NCBI GenBank assembly: GCA_964643685.1
Contig: CAZXTN010000001.1
Location: 96,001 to 160,000 of the forward strand
DNA: 64,000 nt
Direction of reading: 5' to 3'
Source of the DNA: Candidatus Micrarchaeota archaeon
GTDB taxonomy: Archaea > B1Sed10-29 > JAJRYS01
Below, one piece after another: positions 59,491 through 64,000 of this stretch (positions are counted from its first letter, which is position 1; the number at the start of each line of letters is the position of its first letter). The translations under genes and the position numbers were made by a program. The notes under the pieces were generated by a model. The model was not told the DNA's origin. It saw only the letters and a program-made list of their open reading frames with translations, and ran no database searches.

Positions 59491-61221
59491 ATGAGCGTAA
59501 GATCACCAATAGTAACAGTGCTAGGACATGTAGACCATGGAAAAACAACCCTGCTAGACAAAATAAGAGGCACAGCCATAGCTTCAAAAGAAGCAGGAGC
59601 AATAACCCAACACGTAGGAGCATCATTCATACCCACAAGCGTGATAAAAAAGCAATGCAAAAAGCTCCTTGAAAAATACCACGTGGAACTAACAATACCT
59701 GGCCTCCTGTTCATAGACACGCCTGGACACGAAGCATTCACAAACCTCAGAAAAAGAGGAGGTTCAATAGCAGACTTAGCAATAGTAATAATTGACATAA
59801 ACCAAGGCATACAACCGCAAACAGTAGAATCAATAGAGATACTTAAAGTAAACAAAGTGCCATTCATAATAGCTGCAAACAAGATAGACTTAATCAACGG
59901 CTGGAACAGCCAGCCAGAAAAAACAATAATAGAATCAATAAATAGTCAAAGAGAATTCGTGCAACAAATAGTAGAACAAAAAATATACGAAATAGTAGGG
60001 CAACTAGCAGAACAGGGAATAAGTTCAGAAAGATACGACAGAGTAACAGACAGGACAAAAGAAGTCATGATAATCCCAGTATCAGCAAAAACAGGAGAAG
60101 GAATAGAAGAACTCCTCCTGACACTAGCAGGACTTTCACAAAAATACATGCTGAAAAAACTAGACATAGACACTGAAAAACACGCAAAAGGAACAGTACT
60201 AGAAGTGAAAGAAGCAACAGGACTCGGAACAACAATAGACGTCATAATATACGAGGGAAAAATACAGCAAGGAGATACAATAGCACTAGCAGGAAAAAAA
60301 GGCGCATTCACAACAAAAGTAAGAGCGCTTCTGGAACCAGCGCCGCTTGAAGAGATAAGGGATACTGGAAAAAAGTTCAAGTCAGTGAAAGAAGTGCATG
60401 CAGCAGCAGGAGTTAAGATATCAGCACCTGGATTAGAAGAAGCACTGGCAGGCTCTCCGCTGATAATAAAAGATAACGCAGAAGAAGCACTAGAAGAAGT
60501 AAGAAAAGAAGTTGAAAAAATAGAAATAGAAACAAAAGAAGAAGGAGTGATAGTAAAAACAGACGCTCTCGGCTCACTTGAGGCAATAGAAAAGCTGTTT
60601 AAATTGAACGGCATACCAATCAAAAAAGCAGAAGTAGGGATAGTTAACAAGAAAGACCTCACAGAAGCTGAGACAATCAAAAAACAGAACAGGTACTATG
60701 GAGTAATATTTGCATTCAATACAAAAGTGCCAGAAGAAATAAGACAAGAAGCGCACAAGAACAACATAAGAATATTTGAATCAAAAGTAATATACCAGCT
60801 GGAAGAAGAGTACAAAGAATGGAAAGAACAGGAAAAGAAAAAAGAAAAAGAAGAGCAATTAACAAATTACATCTACCCTGCAAAAATAAAAATATTGCCA
60901 GGACACATATTCAGAATAAGCAAACCAGCAGTAGTAGGAGTAGAAGTGCTAGCAGGGATAATAAAAAGCGACTACCCATTAATGAACGAGCATGGCGAAA
61001 CAATCGGCAGGATAAAAAGCATACAAAAAGAACAGCAGAAAGTGGACAAAGCAGAGAAAGGGGACAAAGTAGCAGTTTCAATAGAAGGAGCAGTTGCAAA
61101 CAAAAACATACACGCAAAACAGACCCTATTCACAGCAGTTCCAAAAGAACAGTTGTATGAAATAGAAGACAAGATAGAGGATAAGGAACTAATAAAAGAA
61201 TTGAAAAACATAAAAAGATAA
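59491..61221 (+). CDS. infB: Translation initiation factor aIF5B (IF-2)
   Basis: RSPIVTVLGHVDHGKT, DTPGHEAF, NKID. Confidence 0.97.
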   Translation: MSVRSPIVTVLGHVDHGKTTLLDKIRGTAIASKEAGAITQHVGASFIPTSVIKKQCKKLLEKYHVELTIPGLLFIDTPGHEAFTNLRKRGGSIADLAIVIIDINQGIQPQTVESIEILKVNKVPFIIAANKIDLINGWNSQPEKTIIESINSQREFVQQIVEQKIYEIVGQLAEQGISSERYDRVTDRTKEVMIIPVSAKTGEGIEELLLTLAGLSQKYMLKKLDIDTEKHAKGTVLEVKEATGLGTTIDVIIYEGKIQQGDTIALAGKKGAFTTKVRALLEPAPLEEIRDTGKKFKSVKEVHAAAGVKISAPGLEEALAGSPLIIKDNAEEALEEVRKEVEKIEIETKEEGVIVKTDALGSLEAIEKLFKLNGIPIKKAEVGIVNKKDLTEAETIKKQNRYYGVIFAFNTKVPEEIRQEAHKNNIRIFESKVIYQLEEEYKEWKEQEKKKEKEEQLTNYIYPAKIKILPGHIFRISKPAVVGVEVLAGIIKSDYPLMNEHGETIGRIKSIQKEQQKVDKAEKGDKVAVSIEGAVANKNIHAKQTLFTAVPKEQLYEIEDKIEDKELIKELKNIKR

Positions 61222-61242
61222 GCAAAAGGAGGAGTATGAAAA

Positions 61243-61638
61243 ATGAAAATAGTGATTTCAGATCCAAAAACAGGAAAAAGCTACCAAACAGAAATAGATG
61301 AAAACAAAAGCAAAGCACTATACGGCACAAAAATAGACGAAGAGATAGACGGAGCACTCATAGGACTAAACGGGTACAAGCTCCAGATAAGAGGAGGAAC
61401 AGACAAAGACGGATTCCCAATGAGAAAAGACGTGCATGGAACAGAAAGAAAAAGAATTCTAATCTCGTCAGGCCCAGGCTTCAAGAAAAAAAGGAAAGGA
61501 GAAAGAAGAAGAAAAGGAGTGAGAGGAAACACCATTTCAGAATTCATAGAGCAAGTCAATTTGAAAGTTGTTAAAGAAGGAAATAAAAAACTTGAAGAAG
61601 TATATGGAAAAAAAGAAGAAAAAAAAGAAGGTGAGTAA
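61243..61638 (+). CDS. rps6e: 30S ribosomal protein eS6
   Basis: ISDPKTG, IRGGTDKDGFPM, RRK.VRG. Confidence 0.96.
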   Translation: MKIVISDPKTGKSYQTEIDENKSKALYGTKIDEEIDGALIGLNGYKLQIRGGTDKDGFPMRKDVHGTERKRILISSGPGFKKKRKGERRRKGVRGNTISEFIEQVNLKVVKEGNKKLEEVYGKKEEKKEGE

Positions 61639-61640
61639 GT

Positions 61641-62834
61641 ATCAAAAAAGTAATTCAATCTGAAGTAAACATCGGAGTAGTCGGCCACGTAGACCATGGA
61701 AAAACGACATTAGTAAAAGCACTTACAGGAGAATGGGCTGACAAGCACTCTGAAGAAATCAAAAGAGGAATAACAATTAGATTGGGTTACGCAGAAGCTT
61801 CAATATACTACTGCAAAAAAAGCAAGAAGTACTCTCCAAAACAAGACTGCGGAAACGGAGAAAAAGGAGAATTTAAAAGAAAAGTGTCATTCGTAGATTG
61901 CCCTGGACACGAAACCTTAATGGCAGTGACAATGAGCGGAGCTTCACTCATGGATGGAGCAATACTCATAATCGCTGCAAACGAGCCATGCCCACAACCG
62001 CAGACAAAGGAACACTTGCAAGCCCTTAATATTTCAGGAATAAAAAACATTGTAGTTGTGCAAAACAAGATTGACACAGTTACAAAAGAAGAAGCATTGA
62101 AAAACTACAAGCAAATAAAAGAATTCTTAAAAGGAAGCATAGCTGAAAACGCTCCTATAATACCAGTAGCTTCAAACTATGGGTTGAACATAAGCGCTTT
62201 ACTTGAAGCAATTGAAAAAACAATACCAACTCCAAAAAGAGATGAAAAGAAAAATCCTAAAATGCTAATCGCACGTTCATTTGACATAAACAAGCCTAAC
62301 TCGGAAATAAAAAAACTAAAAGGAGGAGTAGTTGGGGGATCAGTAATTCAAGGAAAATTAAAAGTAGGTGATGAAATTGAAATTTCACCTGGAATAAAAG
62401 TAAATGGAAAATATTTGCCCCTTAAAACAAAAATAGTAAGCTTATCTACAAAAGAAGGACAGATTAAAGAGGCCCATCCAGGAGGATTAATAGGTGTAGG
62501 CACAACTTTAGATCCTTCACTAACAAGAGGAGACAATTTAATTGGAAACATTGTTGAATTGAAAGGAAAAACAACCAAGCCAAAAAACTCAATATTAATC
62601 AAATTCAAATTATTTGAAAAATTCAAGAACGAGCCATTGAAAAAAGGCGAAACAATTGTAATAAATTCAGGCACAACAACCACAATAGGAACAGTTGAAC
62701 ATGAAAACAGGAAAAAAGAAGAAGCTGAAATCAGCTTAAAAAAGCCAATATGCGCTGAGAAAGGAGACAAGATAGGAATTTCAAGAAAAGAAAGAAGATG
62801 GATTCTCATAGGACACGGAGAACTGTTGAAATGA
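61641..62834 (+). CDS. eif2g: Translation initiation factor aIF2 gamma (no in-frame ATG/GTG/TTG; probable ATC start)
   Basis: Frame extends upstream of the tracked ORF: QSEVNIGVVGHVDHGKTT, EEIKRGITIRLGY, DCPGHE, NKID; in-frame TGA at 61632. Confidence 0.93.
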   Translation: MKKVIQSEVNIGVVGHVDHGKTTLVKALTGEWADKHSEEIKRGITIRLGYAEASIYYCKKSKKYSPKQDCGNGEKGEFKRKVSFVDCPGHETLMAVTMSGASLMDGAILIIAANEPCPQPQTKEHLQALNISGIKNIVVVQNKIDTVTKEEALKNYKQIKEFLKGSIAENAPIIPVASNYGLNISALLEAIEKTIPTPKRDEKKNPKMLIARSFDINKPNSEIKKLKGGVVGGSVIQGKLKVGDEIEISPGIKVNGKYLPLKTKIVSLSTKEGQIKEAHPGGLIGVGTTLDPSLTRGDNLIGNIVELKGKTTKPKNSILIKFKLFEKFKNEPLKKGETIVINSGTTTTIGTVEHENRKKEEAEISLKKPICAEKGDKIGISRKERRWILIGHGELLK

Positions 62835-63196
62835 AAGTGATTATTGACACTAACGCATTTGCAATGATAGAACAATTCAAAATAGATTTGATTGAACAAA
62901 TCAAAAAAGAGATTCCAAACGCGGAGATAATCACAATAAAACAAGTGATAAGTGAATTGAAAAATTTGAAAGACAAAAAAGCAGCAAGATATGCTCTTGC
63001 TTTAATAGAAAAAGAAAAAATAAAAATAGAAGACGCAGGAGAAGGAAAAGCAGACGACGTGATAATCAAATATGCTGAGGAAAAAAAAGCAGCAGTTGCA
63101 ACAAACGACAAAGAACTTAAAAAAAGATGCATAGAAAAAGAAATTCCAATAATTTACATGAGGCAAAAGAAAAGAATTGAAACAAGAGGGATGTAA
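62831..63196 (+). CDS. PIN-domain protein (Fcf1/Utp24-like)
   Basis: VIIDTN, V..EL, ADD.I, VATND..LK; conserved position. Confidence 0.92.
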   Translation: MKVIIDTNAFAMIEQFKIDLIEQIKKEIPNAEIITIKQVISELKNLKDKKAARYALALIEKEKIKIEDAGEGKADDVIIKYAEEKKAAVATNDKELKKRCIEKEIPIIYMRQKKRIETRGM

Positions 63197-63199
63197 AAC

Positions 63200-63709
63200 A
63201 TGAATTACAAAACAATAAAATGGGGAAAAATTGAAGAATTGAATGTAATTATTGAAATTCCAAAAGGAAGCAGCAACAAATATGAGTACGACAAAGAAAA
63301 CGACTTGTTCAAACTTGACAGGACAATGCACTCAGCAGTATTTTATCCCTTTGACTACGGCTTCATTCCCGGAACAGAAGCAGAAGACGGCGATGCATTA
63401 GATGCAATAGTGCTCGTGGAAAAGCCTACTTTTCCAGGATGCCTTGTCAAAGCAAGACCCGTTGGCTTGCTTGAAATGGAAGATGAAAATGGAAAAGATT
63501 ATAAGATAATTACCGTGCCTATTGAAAAGATAGAGCCGAGAAAAGCAGAAATAAAAACAATAGAAAACTTAAGTAAACATGAAAAAGAGGAAATTGAAGA
63601 ATTCATGAAACATTACAAGGACCTTGAACCTAGGAAATGGGTTAAGATAACAGGCTTCAAATCAAAAGAAGAAGCAATTAAGATCATTGAAAAAAGCATA
63701 AAGGAGTGA
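63200..63709 (+). CDS. ppa: Inorganic pyrophosphatase (family I)
   Basis: IEIPKGS.NKYE, YPFDYGF, DGDALD, YKDLE. Confidence 0.97.
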   Translation: MNYKTIKWGKIEELNVIIEIPKGSSNKYEYDKENDLFKLDRTMHSAVFYPFDYGFIPGTEAEDGDALDAIVLVEKPTFPGCLVKARPVGLLEMEDENGKDYKIITVPIEKIEPRKAEIKTIENLSKHEKEEIEEFMKHYKDLEPRKWVKITGFKSKEEAIKIIEKSIKE

Positions 63710-63717
63710 AGATAAAC

Positions 63718-64000
63718 ATGTATGAATTGGTTACAATGAAGGACACTATAAGAATCCCGCCTAAACTGTTTTCAAAATCCCTTGAAGAATCAGCTGTAAA
63801 AGCACTTAAAGAAAGGTATGAAAGCAAAATAATCCCTGACTTAGGAGTAGTTATAACAGCAGTAAACCCAAGGGAAATAACAGACGGAAGAATCATCCCA
63901 GGAGACGGAGGGACTTATCACAACATAACTTTCGATTTGCTTACTTTCAAGCCAAAACCGCATGAAATAATAAAAGGAAAAGTCACTGAATTAGCTGAGT
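63718..64000 (+). CDS. rpoE1: RNA polymerase subunit Rpo7 (E'), 3' end outside window
   Basis: Manual translation MYELVTMKDTIRIPP...GRIIPGDGG...FKP...EII.G.V. Confidence 0.93.
   Translation, partial: MYELVTMKDTIRIPPKLFSKSLEESAVKALKERYESKIIPDLGVVITAVNPREITDGRIIPGDGGTYHNITFDLLTFKPKPHEIIKGKVTELAE

Overview
Archaeal chromosome segment, AT-rich. It looks DPANN-like (inferred from compact divergent proteins and intron-rich tRNAs); the phylum cannot be fixed from sequence alone. Most of the window is core information-processing genes: PolB, MetAP, tRNA methyltransferases, PEP synthase, the rpoH-B''-B'-A'-A''-L30e-NusA-S12-S7-EF2-EF1a-S10 operon, archease-RtcB, the L3...SecY...Cbf5 ribosomal superoperon, the S13-S4-S11-RpoD...enolase-S2 operon, GluRS and the L7Ae...aIF5B-S6e-aIF2g-PIN-PPase-RpoE' operon. 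The unusual content is non-coding. I read 16 tRNA genes by hand; 14 carry BHB-type introns (22 in total, 15 at non-canonical sites, three genes with three introns each). Around these tRNAs, and in front of three protein genes, are partial copies of the adjacent gene end fused to short palindromic modules. Several modules recur at unrelated loci, with compensatory stem changes or in inverted orientation. My main hypothesis (inference) is a family of tiny target-duplicating hairpin elements that also supplies new tRNA introns. Also noted: aIF2-gamma has no canonical start codon, APRT is frameshifted, GluRS lacks its anticodon-binding domain, and uS3 and uS4 share a tail motif. No rRNA, CRISPR array, integrase or transposase was seen. 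Intron boundaries were placed by hand using BHB rules and may be off by 1-2 nt.
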